Part shown: positions 32,026 through 44,905 of the stretch, in pieces | How the letters are laid out: every line of letters begins with the position of its first letter | Position numbering within the stretch: the first letter of the stretch is position 1 | Source of the DNA: Negaprion brevirostris | Taxonomy: Eukaryota | Reading direction: 5' to 3' | DNA: 64,000 nt | NCBI GenBank assembly: GCA_030324005.1 | Contig: JARDVH010000110.1 | Span: forward strand, 52,470,340-52,534,339 | Position numbers and translations under genes: made by a program | The notes under the pieces: model-generated | Databases searched by the model: none | Told to the model about the DNA's origin: nothing | What the model saw: the letters and a program-made list of their open reading frames with translations, nothing else

Positions 32026-35000
32026 GAAACATAAAAGGAAGAGTTCCTTAGATTTCAAACTAATTTTATTTATTGGGAAATTTCATGAAATTTCTAACAG
32101 ATTATATAGCTTCCCATTCAATTTGTTGCACACGTTATTTTTCTTTTGCTCTTTCTGAAACAAACTCCTTATTTTTCTGATACCATCAGAAAGAAAACTA
32201 TCTTGTATAAAGCATTATTACCTTGTCGGTAACACCAGTCTAGTTCTGTGTCCCAGCTGATATTACAGAGTTATTACTGATTCGCTATTCTCATTGCATT
32301 AGGGACTTTCTTCTAACAGCATGTCCATCAACAGAAGACATTTGATTTTAAACTAGTCTCACGGCAGGGTTCATGTGAAAGGCAAAGTAGTCGTAAAGAT
32401 TTCTGGCTGTTGACCAGAGGTAATGAGAAGCTTTTGTTCCCAGAGTTGGGTAAGGTCCATGGTTGGCATTGGCTGCAGACATGGTGGATTATCTTGTTTA
32501 CTTTCAGTCTCTTTCAAAGGTATATTTAGAAGAAAGAAGAAAGAGATTTCAAATGTTGAACTTTTATAACGGAAAGGTTATATATGTTTCAGCTATAGTT
32601 TCTTTAAAATTATGTGGACAATCTATCCATAACAATAAATGAGCAACACAGTTAGTTATTATGCACCAAACATTAACATGTTTGCTCTAGGATGGCAATA
32701 GCTATTAAAATAGCCAGTGGGGTTTGTGACTCAAACAGTAGTTACTGAATTATAAGACTTTAATGTAAGAAGTATAGTGTCGACTAATATGTAATTATAT
32801 CTTGCCTGGATAAGGGAATTGCACTTTTAAGATTAATTTATTGAACACTCCTCATTCTCCCACCCAAAAACTAGAAAATCAGCTAAGTATTTTCTACCTT
32901 TAAATAACAAAGAACATTTACGTTTGCATTATTTAAAAGCAAATTTGAAAATCCTAAATACCTAATTATCTTTATGTTGTTAAGTGATGTCTGGACATGA
33001 TATATTAAACAGTTCTGCAAAAACCTGTCACTTCAGAGTGACCAATGAAGTTAGATCTTTCCAATTTTTGGAGCTCAGTGAAGTTGCTAATGAAAGCCGC
33101 TGAATTCTGATTTGATCAAAAGGCCTGTACTGGAAAAGGTTGGAGAGCCATGCAAGCATTCTTTTGAAAAACTCAAGAGTTCACATTATAAACTTATTTT
33201 GTTGACTATACAGCTTATTAAATGTGATAACGTTATTTTGATGTCTTGATTTTTTTTTGCCCTTGTTTGCAACTACCAGACAGGTTTAACAGTAACAGCA
33301 CAGTGGTCTTCCTGCCCAAGCTATACAATGCTTGCTTGNNNNNNNNNNNNNNNNNNNATGGTGTTTGAATGGACTGATTTTCATGATTTTGAATTGTCAA
33401 TGCACTTGTAATTATTGAATAAAAACAGAAAGTGCCGGAAATACCCAGCACATCTGGCAGCATCTGTGGAGTAAGAAACAGAGTTAAAATTTCATGTCAG
33501 ACGTGACTCTTCCTCAGAACTGGGCCATTTCTAAAGAAGAGCCATGTTTGACTTGAAATGTTAGTTCTGTTTCTCACTCCGGAGGTGCAGCCAGACCTGC
33601 TGCGTAATTCCAGAGCCTTCTATTTTTATTTCAGACTTCTAGCCTCTGCTGTATTTTGCTTTTATGCTTGTGGTTGTTGTTCCTTTCTTGGATGGGAATC
33701 ACTCAGTTTTGCCAATTGGGATCATTCCTGTTGCCAAACAAACCGAATAACACGCAGAAATATGTGCAATTCTCCAATGACTGTTCGACGATGCTTAGCA
33801 ACAGAGATCCTCATCAGAGCACCCAGGAAAGCGACTAAATGTCAAAACAGAAATTTCCAAAAACAGGCAACAAAAGGAACTTTTCTAACAGTGAAGATTT
33901 TTCAAATCCCTTTCATTGCCATTGGCAACATTGTATCCCTCACCCTCAGTTTTAAGTGTAAATCCTTCCCATCCTCAATATACCAATGATTTAAACCATT
34001 TGGTGAAGCTTTTTGTAGAAACAGTTGGAGATTAAGTAAAAGACCAATTCACGTACAAAGGGAAATGCAGGGATATAGGTTGAGCCAGGAGGGAGATGAA
34101 AACATTCTGAGCAGGCTACAAGGATATTCGAGATGAGCTATGTTCTCCTTTTTCATTCATACCTCTTTACATTTTTGGTTCTTATCATGTTCATATTCCC
34201 TGAACACCTCCCCAGCCCCCCCCGCCCCACCCCCCCCAACNNNNNNNNNNNNNNNNNNNNNNNNNNNNNNNNNNNNNNNNNNNNNNNNNNNNNNNNNNNN
34301 NNNNNNNNNNNNNNNNNNNNNNNNNNNNNNNNNNNNNNNNAGGTTTACAGCATGGAAACAGGCCCTTCCACTCAACTTGTCCATGCCACCCCGCCCCACC
34401 CCCTCCCTCCTCATCTGCACTGCTTGTCAATATCAATAACAAGATACCACAACATATGTCCATTCTCTGACAGTGACAATGATGAGACACTTTGAGAATG
34501 ATATATGTTGCTGTGAGTCTTCTAACGCTCACATCAGAAGATATCACTTGGAAGCATGTGGCTAGACGTATTGTGCAGTGATGTGCAGAGGGCTCCCACT
34601 CGAGTTCTGCGTATCCTGCTGGGGAATGGGTCACATGGTGGTGTTACATTGCAACTTTCATTCAATTTGTGAATGAACGCAAACCAGAGTGTGGTCATTA
34701 TTCCAGAGACCATCAGACCCAAGAAACGGCAGATTCAAATATCTTCTAATTTGCCAAGTCCATCCACATTGGATCAATAGGAAGAACTCAAGTTAAAACT
34801 TGAGATACTCATAACATAAGCTAAAATATAAATAGTTTGAAAATTGCTGCTTAAAATAACAAAATATACCTGGCCTGAAAACCTTACGAGGTGATGTTAT
34901 TCTTTATCAAATAAAAGTGTGACTGAGACTTCTGTTTTCTACACATTATAACCTTCCTCTCTTGTGCATGTGCCAAGAGGAAACTGCAATGCACGTGAAA

Positions 35001-37800
35001 TACCACAAATGTATTTAAGGTAGTATTTGATCAGTGGAGAGGGAAGCTCATTTCTCAATGAAATCACTGTAGAACACTGTCATAGATCGGATAATAAATT
35101 AACGTTATATGTTAATAAGCTGCACATCATCACAATTTTCTCCTTTGAACTGCTGTTGAAATTGTAGAAACTTTTTTTAAAAACTTCAGAAAGATTTCTT
35201 ATTTTCCTTGAAACATCTTTCGGCTCGCCAATCCACTTACCTTTGCGTAAACAAAAAGGTGTCATAAACAAAATCCTTTTCAAACTTTGAATGTGCTTAT
35301 TAGATATGGCTTTAAAAACGTCGACACTATGTCCCTATGCACCGAACTGAGCAGAAAGGACCTTTGGGTCCAGCACAGGGGGGGAAGAAATGTTTGAATT
35401 TGTCTCCATGACTTAACCCTCTGTTTTCAGATCCAAACCGCAGAATGTAAATAATTCCCAATGAATGTTTGATTTTCGACAGCACATTCAACCAAAAATG
35501 AATGTGGTGTTGTGCAGTTCCAGATTCTCTTCTTCAAAAACACCAAACAATGAAAATTATTGAAAAATAAATGGCACAAATAATAATTAACATGTACTGT
35601 ACACACGGACATACATTGCAATGACTTTTTTTTAATCAAACTGTGAAATAACTGATTTCTTCCATTTAACTTAAGGAAGATAAGAAAATAACATTGAAAT
35701 ACCCTGTGTTTCTAAATGAGCCAAAGAAACTTTTTACACTTATTGGTATTCCTGAGCTTTGGCATTAAGCATCGGGACACCCTGGGAAATGGAATTTTGT
35801 GCAGAGGTCACTTTGATGTCACTCCAGTGCCACCGTTAATGGGGCAAAATTTGAAGCAACATCATGAAACAATCTGCTTAAAATGACAGTTTACAGGCAG
35901 TATCTGAACATCTAATACTAAAGCTTAGAACAGCAGCATTATCTGACGTAAAGGCACCAATAGGTGTAAAGGCATTTCTTTTTATGATAATTAATAATTT
36001 TGGTGCAATTTGGTAATATATATGTCCCTTTTAATTAAATCCAGTTTGTAAATATATTAACCAAATATTTATTTACAAACCATATACCTACGTAGTTGAA
36101 AAAAAAAGCAGTGTTGAAGGAGGACTTAGAAGTATAACAGTGTTATCTTAACAAAGTCAAGCTGACAAAATCCCACATCTTCATAACTGCCTTGTATTTT
36201 AGCAATATTGCTGTGAGAAAAATATACTTCAAATGTAAGGGCTTCTAGTATCTGTGGAAATATAACTTTAAATAACCTGTGTAGATAAAACCTGTATAGA
36301 ATTTTACTTTATTTTCGGGGAGGGGCTCCTTCATCTTCCTTGTAAACGCTTCGGATGTGTTTTGCCGTCTATTTCACTATTTGTTTTTCTTTTGTAGAAA
36401 GTCTCATCGGAAAAGAATGCTGTTATTTTCATCCAATGCTTATCTAAATGTTAATCCCTTACGTCCTCATGTGTCCTTTGCACATTGTTGTGAATAAACT
36501 AATGAAATTTAGTCTGCTTTTTTTGCTATGCAATAACTGCTTTGTATCACTTTTTTTTGGTTCTCAACTTGTAGATGTAAATGTGAATTGATAAATAATG
36601 TATAGAGTAAAATACACTTTACCAAATTGAAGTATCCTAATTGAGCTTTTATAAAGAGCTTTGCTGAGTCAGTTACCAGGGGGTTTTGTCAAATTACAAA
36701 AAAAAGTCCCAAACTTTTAAAGTTAATTTGAAACAGTTTGGTGGGAGAAGGGCTGGGGAGTTAAAAGATTTTAGAATGGACCATCGTAATTCTATCTAAT
36801 GTAGTAAACACTGGATGGGTTGAGAGCTTTAAATTGCAACTTGTGTAACTCATTGCTGAGCACTTTCCAGATATTTCACGACTTAAGTTTGGATGATAGG
36901 TGAGAGGCAGAGAAAACCTGGTGAATTCAAATTTATTTTGGAAACTTGGACTTTTTAAAACAAAAACAATTGGACAGAACCCCCCATTTGCTGAAATCAT
37001 TTTGTCTTCCTTGTTGATTACAATTATTATTATTGGAAGGCTGCTAATTACTGTTGGATTTTTGGCAATTACTAGGCTAAAGCGTCAAATGACGTTTGCA
37101 CCTTTTGTCTGATGATGAGAGATATAATGTACCCAGATGCAATAAATCCCATTAAAGCTGTGGTATTCCTCTTTGACCTGCTCAGGCTACACTTTAAAAT
37201 TACTATGACCTGTTTTTGTTTCTAAATAAATCTTGTTCTCTTACTATATAAATTCACTTTGAAATTTGCTGCCTCTGAACGTATTGCTCTTGCTACTACT
37301 GTAATTATTTGTCTATGATTTGTACCAACTGTAATGTTTTGCCAGGGTTTCTAGGTTTTGAAAGGAGGCAGGACATCTAAACACAATAGGAAAGGACAGG
37401 AAAAGACCAATAAGTCCACCACCACCTGTCCCATGCACACTTCAAGGATATACCACTGATTGCATGATGATTTATTACATTTTTTATAACTGCCTTGTTT
37501 GGTCAGAAGGAGAATACTGCAACTTTTAATTTCTGAAAAGATTGTATTAGGGTCTGATGAGAAAGATGAGATATTTTATTGGATTATAGAATTTATCACA
37601 AGTTCTTGAATATATTTCAGTCTCTTATAGTTGCTACTGAACTAGTTGATGATAATAAACTTAAATTATTGGTCAACTTATGTGTCGTTGCATTTACTGC
37701 ATCTCTCTTGACTTACTCTAAGTGAACTTTGCTATAATATATATATTGGCTATTGAATTTAATAAGACATTTTGTCTAAAATAAATGCATTGTAACAATA
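32026..37800 (+). promoter_or_regulatory. Putative 3'UTR with several candidate polyadenylation signals
   Basis: AT-rich and mostly repeat-poor after the stop. AATAAA at 32634, 36493, 37141 (plus ATTAAA at 37151) and 37225, several followed by T/GT-rich tracts. The true 3' end cannot be determined from DNA. Confidence 0.45.
33418..33665. mobile_element. Palindromic Penelope-derived element with two degenerate hammerhead motifs
   Basis: Imperfect inverted arms of ~100 bp centred near 33525. Each arm has CT(G/A)ANGA-A-GAG(T/C)C..GAC..GAAA. Confidence 0.7.
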
Positions 37801-38169
37801 TAAAAATTGTTTTTCCTGCAATACCAGTACCATTGCCCATAAACTATATGGAGCGCACTGGCTGTCATTGTTTGCAGATATCCATTGCTAACATAAAAAC
37901 AGACCAAATCTTCTGAACCTCACCCAACTAATATCGGACTTCAATGTGTGCTGAACGACATTTGAATTTATAGTCATGAGTCTAATGAATAATATTAGAA
38001 CTAGTCACATGTTCAAGTGTTTGACTGGTAAAACACATTACAATTAGACACCACTAAAAATAGAGATAACCCAATTGTATATTGTGTTAATATGAAAATA
38101 GAAGTCAATGCAATATTACACTTCCACATATTATTCCATAAAAAGTGTAAGCTGTCAGCTTTTTAAAGT

Positions 38170-38465
38170 AAAGTTTATTTATTATTCACAAGTAGGCTTA
38201 CATTAACACTGCAATAAAGTTACTGTTAAAATCTCCTAATAGCCACACTTTGGCACCTGTTTGGGTACACTAAGGGAGAATTTAGCATGGGCAATGTGCC
38301 TAACCTGCATGTCTTTTGGACTGTGGGAGGAAACCGGAGTACCCGGAGGAAACCAATGTAGACACAAGGAGAAAGTGCAGACTTTGCTGACCTGAGCCAG
38401 GAAGTGAACCCAGGCCCCTGGCGCTGTGAGGCAGCAGTGCTAACCACTATGCCAGTATACTACCC
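38170..38465 (-). mobile_element. HE1-like V-SINE
   Basis: ggactgtgggaggaaaccggagtacccggaggaaacc (V-domain) and gaacccagg..cctggcgctgtgaggcagcagtgctaaccact (tRNA head complement). Confidence 0.9.
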
Positions 38466-39519
38466 AGACTTTAACTTCCTATAGATCAATGATGAGGGCA
38501 TATTTGGAATTAGGAATCTAAATTTAGATATAACTTTATCCTAAAAAGGGTACAGAGCACCAAGGATAATTCCAAGACAAAGGGCAGGGCTTTTTGGCCA
38601 CCTGGGGTACATTTTGTGGCAGCAGAGGTGGCCCATTAATCACTGGCAGCAGAATCTTCCAGTCCCACTGTTGAGAATAGCATTTCTCATTGTCCAGACC
38701 CTTCACTGCCAGGGAACCCGCAGCTAGGCGGTCTGCATTGGCAAGACTGGAAAACCAAAAAATCCCACCATCTGGGTGGGGTTTTCCAGCCTTGCTTGCC
38801 TAAAGCCAGAAAATGCCGCTTGAAGTCAACAGACCTTTGCATAGCCCATGTCCTGCCTGCTACAATTGCTGTGGTGGGCGGGATGGGAACATTCCACCCT
38901 CTATGATCTTAATTTGAAAGAAAAATCTGAAACACTGATCTTAGCTTCACCGGATAATATGAGATTATAGAGAGCCATGACACAGGCATGACTGAGGTTA
39001 AGATGATATAATCTGTTAGCAATGGTAAAATAATTAATATACAAGGATTAATGTATTTTTCTCAGGGAGATGACATAGTGGAAATCTCACCATGACTAGT
39101 AATCCAGAGATCCAGGCTTTTGATCTGGGGACACAGATTTAAATCTCATTACAGCAGCTGGTGGAATTTAAATTCACTTGATAAATCTGGAATTAAAAAA
39201 AGACTACTCTCGGTAATAGTGACCATAAAACCATTGTGATTCACTGATGTCCTTTAGGGAAGTAAATCTGCCATCCTTCTTTGGTCTGGCCAATATGTGA
39301 CTCCAGACCCACTGCAATGTGTTCTTTTTTTATTCATTCATGGGACATGGGCGTCGTTGGCTGGTCAGCATTTATTGCCATCCCTAGTTGCTCTTGAAAA
39401 GGTGGTGTGGTGAGCTTCCTTCTTGAATCGCTGCAGTCCATGTTCTGTGGGTTGAACCATCAAGAAGGAAAAACATACCTGATCTCATCCTCACCAAACT
39501 GCTGCAGATGCATCATGAT

Positions 39520-39661
39520 ATAGAGATGCCGGCTTTTGACTAGGGTAAACACAGTAAAAAGTCTCACAACACCAGGTTAAAGTCTAACAGGTTTATTTAG
39601 TAGTAAACGCCACTAACTTTTGGGGTTTGCCCCTTCGTCAGGTGACAGCCACTCACCTGAC
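39520..39661 (-). mobile_element. Penelope-like terminus with mutated hammerhead, probably fold-back into the gap
   Basis: Minus strand reads tcac-CTGACGA-A-GGGG-caaa-CCCC-AAAA-GT-TA-gtgg. Centre tcaggtga..tcacctga is followed by Ns. Confidence 0.75.
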
Positions 39662-40366
39662 NNNNNNNNNNNNNNNNNNNNNNNNNNNNNNNNNNNNNNN
39701 NNNNNNNNNNNNNNNNNNNNNNNNNNNNNNNNNNNNNNNNNNNNNNNNNNNNNNNNNNNNNGTGAAGACAAAGTCCTATCTTCATACTAAGGATCCCTTC
39801 CCTCTTTCAGTGTGACAGTTCCACCATGTTAAATGTGATAGATACAAGTGGGCATTCATGTTTGTGTGGTAACCTGAGACCACAATAAAGGTAGTTAATT
39901 GTGTTGTTTGAAAGAAAGATCTTCTTTACAGAAAAACAAAGTTTAACAATAGCAGTAACTCAGCAGAAGAGTAACAGTAATAACCATGAAAAGAGGAGCA
40001 CTAGTAAAACAGGTTTTCTTTGCAGGGCGCTCTCTTACAGAACGAAAAGCATACCCAAAGCCCACACATGCTGAGGACCCTCAATAAATGCCAGGAGAAA
40101 GGCTTATAAGAACACTCAGTAACAATTGTAAAAGCCCATCACGTTCATGAATGTTCTTCAGCGAAAAGAAACTGCCAACATCATCTGGTCTGGCCTACAT
40201 ATGACTGCAAACCAATAGCAATGTGGTTTACTCTTAACTGACCTCTGAAATGAGGTAGCAAGCCACTCAAGGACAATTAGGGAATGGTAATAAATGCTGG
40301 CCCAGCCAGTGATGCCCTCATTCCATGAATGAATATTTAATGGCAAATAAGAATCATGCAACAAAA

Positions 40367-42270
40367 ATCCCTTCTGTAACATTGTTGTTTGACTATGTGC
40401 AGCTTTTCTCTTTTTGTTTTATCATAGGTTGTCCATGAAGAGGGGAAGGAGTGTGGTACCGTGATTCCTTTAATGGGCGTGGGCCACATGACTGGAGTAT
40501 GAGCTTGAGAATCAGGGCCAATGGGGAACAAGGGTGCACATTGCTGGGGCTGGAAGATTGCAGTTGGAATCTCCAGTAAGAGAGAATACAACCGTCTCCC
40601 TTTGACATTCAACAGCATTACAATTGTTAAATCTCCCACTATCAACATTCTGGGGGTCACTAGTGACCAGATACTAAACTATTAATATTGTGGTTGCAAG
40701 ACCAGGCCAGAGGCTGGGAACCCTGCAGCGGATAATTCCCAAAGCCCGCCCACAAGACATGAGTTAGAAGTGTGATAGAATTCTCTCTACCTGCCTGGAT
40801 GAGTGTGGCTCCAATGATACTCAAGAAACTCAATGTTATCCAAGAAAAAGTAGCCTATCTGATTGGGACCCCATCCTCCTTCAACCCCTACTCCCTCCAC
40901 CACAGTGACTGCAGTGTACCATTTATAAGATGCACTGCAGCAACATTCCTTTGACAATACATTCCGAATCTGCAACCAAGGCCGCTTAGAAGTACAAGGG
41001 CACCAAATGCTTGGGAATAACACAAATTGCGTGCTCCCTCCAAGCCACACAACATCCTGACTTGGAACTACATTGCTTTTCTTTTTTTTCACTGTTGCTG
41101 GAACTCTTCCCTAACGGCACTACAGCACTGTGAGTGTACCTACAATACGTGGATTACAGTGATTCAAAATGGTGGCTCACGACCACCTTCTCAAGGGCGA
41201 TAAGGAATGAACAAAAAATGCTGGCCTAGCCAGCGACACCAGTGTCCTGTGAAAGATTTTTTTAATTCAGGAGATATCATTGGAGTATAGTCTATAATAG
41301 AGTAGACTGTATATGATTTGTGAAAGGGGTGTCCAGGAAGGATGTCAAGCTTTCCTTCCAGACCTATATCCTGTAGGAACCAGTCAGCTCAGCTACCCAT
41401 CATGGTGATTGAAGGACAAAGACCCAATTTCATGGGACAGAACTGGTTAAAACTGATAAAGCTGGAAACATTTAATGTCCAGGATGAGGGATTCAAAGAG
41501 CTTCTATTAAATATCAGTAGATATTCCAGTTAGAATTAGTTTTCCCAACTTTGTCGGGGAGGATGGAGGCCAGGTAAGCCTCTCAGAAAGAGTGTTGTGA
41601 TACTCAGAAAGAAGACAGATCATTTCATGTGGATGACCTTGTTTTGGCAAGGAATTTTGCTGACAGACCTACCTGGGTACCAGGGAGAGTTGTGGAGAAG
41701 ATAGGACCAGTCTCATAGGTGGTGGAGCCACAGCGTTGTTGAGCAAAGAAGCATGTTGACAACTGATGCAAGAGAGTTGAGCTAACTCCAGGAGTCATGC
41801 AAGTAGAACCTGCATCCAGTTTATAAGTACCAACCTATAAATTAGAGATCTGGATGCCCAGAGAGGGGCCTCTGGCTCTAGTGGCTGAGGTAGAGGAAGG
41901 GGTCTGCAGGGGCATATCTCCAGAGATGTCTAGCATGTCAATTCCATTAGTGGGTCCTGTGTCATCGGCTGGTGAAGAACTCAAGATAGGCTTATGGTGT
42001 TCCACAAGGGTCCAAATCTCTGGACAGGCTGATGTTATGATTTGTCTTTCCCTGGCATCCCTTCTGTAACATTGTTGTTTGACTATGTGCAGCTTTTCTC
42101 TTTTTGTTTTATCATAGGTAGTCCAAGAAGTTAGGGGGGGAAGGAGTATGATACCGTGATCCCTTTAATAGGCATGGGCCACGTGACTGGAATATGAGCT
42201 TGCGAATCAAGGCCAATGGGGAGCAAAGGGGCACATTCCTGGGGCTGGAAGATTGCAGTTGGAGTCAGGG
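40367..42270 (+). mobile_element. Internally deleted Gypsy relic with duplicated PPT/LTR segment and an inserted LINE
   Basis: Post-protease LPIMVIEGQRPNFMGQNWL (~41390), integrase tail FHVDDLVLARNF..WVPGRVVEKIGPVS (~41620-41715), and direct repeats 40367-40568 / 42057-42263. Confidence 0.75.
40590..41260 (+). mobile_element. LINE 3' fragment (RT C-terminus and tail)
   Basis: SPTINILGV..., EFSLPAWMSVAPMILKKLNVIQEKVAYLIG; tail ctcaagggcg..aaatgctggcctagccagcgac. Confidence 0.8.
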
Positions 42271-42497
42271 CATTATTGGGAGTAGATCTGTATAGTTGTG
42301 CTATTGTAACGGCATGGTAGTACACAATTAGCACTGCTGCCTCACAGTGCTAGGCACCCGGAATCAATTCCCAGCTTGNNNNNNNNNNNNNNNNNNNNNN
42401 NNNNNNNNNNNNNNNNNNNNNNNNNNNNNNNNNNNNNNNNNNNNNNNNNNNNNNNNNNNNNNNNNNNNNNNNNNNNNNTCATCTTCTTGTAATCATT

Positions 42498-42785
42498 GGT
42501 GGCACGGTGGTTAGCATTGCTTCCTCAGAGCGCCAGGGGCCCAGGTTCGATCCCCACCTTGGGTCACTGTCTGTGCGGAGTCTGCACATTCTCCCCGTGT
42601 CTGCATGGGTTTCCTCCAGTTTCCTCCCACAGTCCGAACAACGTGCTGATTAGGCGCATCGGCCGTGCTAAATTCTCCCTCAGTGTACCCGAACAGGTGC
42701 CGGAGTGTGGCAACAAGGGAATTTTCACAGTAACTTCATTGCAGTGTCAATGTAAGCTAACTTCTGACACTAATAAAGAAACTTA
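42498..42785 (+). mobile_element. HE1-like V-SINE (a second head at 42310-42378 precedes the gap)
   Basis: ggtggcacggtggttagca..ccaggttcgatccc..gggtcactgtctgtgcggagtctgcacattctccccgtgtctgcatgggtttcct. Confidence 0.9.
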
Positions 42786-43439
42786 AACTTTGAACTGTTA
42801 AATCCTTAGTTGTACGTCATCTTTTCAGTCAAAAAATCTTTCATTTTGTCACTTGTTGCATCAAGTCACCTCGAGTTACGACAATGACACATTAATCTTT
42901 CCCTTTGTTTCTATTGGGTTATAAATTCTATCAATGAAAATAAATTTGAGTTCAAGAATACAGAACAAAAATGGAAATATTTTCATTACTTTTACCCATG
43001 GAGATTGACATGAATGCAAGAGAACAACACCAGCCATGTCAGCTGGTGGTTGTAGTTCGATAATGTTTTTCACCCTGTGAAAAGGATCTTAATAGGACTA
43101 GCTTTCTTTTGTTATTTTAACAGTGACTGCTTAATCATAACAATTAAACTTGCTAATGACTGTTAACATAAGTTAACATAAGTTCTTCACTGGTGTCGAA
43201 ATCTCGACTTCTGAGTTTGACTTTAACACAAGATACTTAACTGACAGATTGTCCTTATTTACTTGATAGCAAGGGGCTACAATAGGCCATAGACACCACT
43301 CCACTGGACAAAGAAAATCATCCTGGTTTAATAAATTCTNNNNNNNNNNNNNNNNNNNNNNNNNNNNNNNNNNNNNNNNNNNNNNNNNNNNNNNNNNNNN
43401 NNNNNNNNNNNNNNNNNNNNNNNNNNNNNNNNNNNNNNN

Positions 43440-43800
43440 AGATCAGATTGAGGTATACAAGATGATAAAGTGGACATGGAGCGGATGCTTCCTCTTGCGG
43501 GGCACTCCAGGACGAGCAGTCGTGGTCTGAGGATAAAGGGCAGCAAATTTAAAACAGAGTTGAGGAGAAACTGATTCTCCCAAAGGGTTGTGTATGTGTG
43601 GAATTCACTCCCCCAAAGTGCGGTGGATTCTGGGACAGTGAGTAAATTTAAGGAGGAGTTAGTTAGATTTTTAATTGGTAGTGGGTTGAAGGGTTATGGG
43701 GACAAGGCAGGAAAATGGGGATGAGGAGCATGTCAGCCGTGATCGAATGGCGGCGCAGACTCGATGGGCCAAATGGTCTGTTCCTGCTCCAATATCTTAT
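43440..43800 (+). mobile_element. CR1 LINE 3' end
   Basis: EVYKM..KVDMERMLPL..RRN.FSQRVV..WNSLP..FKEEL; tail gatgggccaaatggtctgttcctgctcc. Confidence 0.85.
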
Positions 43801-43894
43801 GAGTTTGTGAATGATAGCACCCAGGTGAGATAAAGATCAGAGGCTGTAAAGAAAGGTTTGAGTGAGAATGGAGGTGAGAGGGCTAAACAGGCAC

Positions 43895-44905
43895 TGTGTG
43901 GCCAAATTCCCCCCAACTCAATTTTCAAGTTTGCTGACGATACCACCGCAGTGGGTCTGGTCTCAAACAATGACGGGACAGAGTACAGGAGTGAGATAGA
44001 GAATCTGGTGAGCTGGTGCAACAATAATAATCTCTCCCTCAATGTCAACAAAACAAATTAGATTGTCATCAACTTCAGGAAGCGTAAAGGAGAACACACA
44101 CCTGTCTACATCAGTGGGGACAAAGTGGAAAGGGACGAGAGTTTCAAGTTTTTAGGTGTCCAGAAAGGCCACCAAAGCCTCTACTTTCTCAGAAGGCTGA
44201 GGAAATTTGGTATGTCAGCTGCACTCTCACTGTTTACAGATGCACCACAGAAAGTATTCTTTCTGGTTGTATCACAGCTTGGTATGGCTCCGGCTCTGCC
44301 CAAGACTGCAAGAAACTACAAAAGGTTGTGTATGTAGGTCAGTCCATCACACAAATCAGCCTCCCATCCATTGACTCTGTCCACACTTCCCACTGCCTCA
44401 GAAAAGCAGCCGGCATAATTAGGGACCCCACACACCCCGGACATTCTCTCTTCCACCCTCTTCCATCAGGAAAANNNNNNNNNNCCGTGTATTGGGATAC
44501 AGTGAAAAGTATTGTTTCTTGCGCGCTATACAGACAAAGCATACTGTTCATAGAGAAGGGAAGGGAGAGAGTGCAGAATGTAGTGTTACAGTCATAGCTA
44601 GGGTGTAGAGAAAGATCAACTTAGACTTTTGAATGGACCTACCTCGCATTAAGTTGATCTTTCTCTACACCTGAGCTGTGACTGTAACACTACACTCTGC
44701 ACTCTCTCCTTTCCTTCTCTATGAACGAATTACTTGAAGAGCAGTGCTCCGAAAGCTCGTGCTACCAGATAAACTTGTTGGACTTTAACCTGGTATTTTG
44801 AGACTGCTTACTGTTCTCCATGAATGGTGTGCTTTGTCTGTCTAGCATGCAAGAAACAATACTTTTCACTGTATGCTAAATACATATGACAATAATAAAT
44901 CATAT
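43895..44905 (+). mobile_element. Rex1/Babar LINE 3' fragment
   Basis: KFADDTTAVGLVSNNDGTEYRSEIENLVSWCNNNNLSLNVNKT, LYFLRRLRKFG and DPTHPGHSLFHPLPSG; tail gacaataataaatcatatcagatc. Confidence 0.88.
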
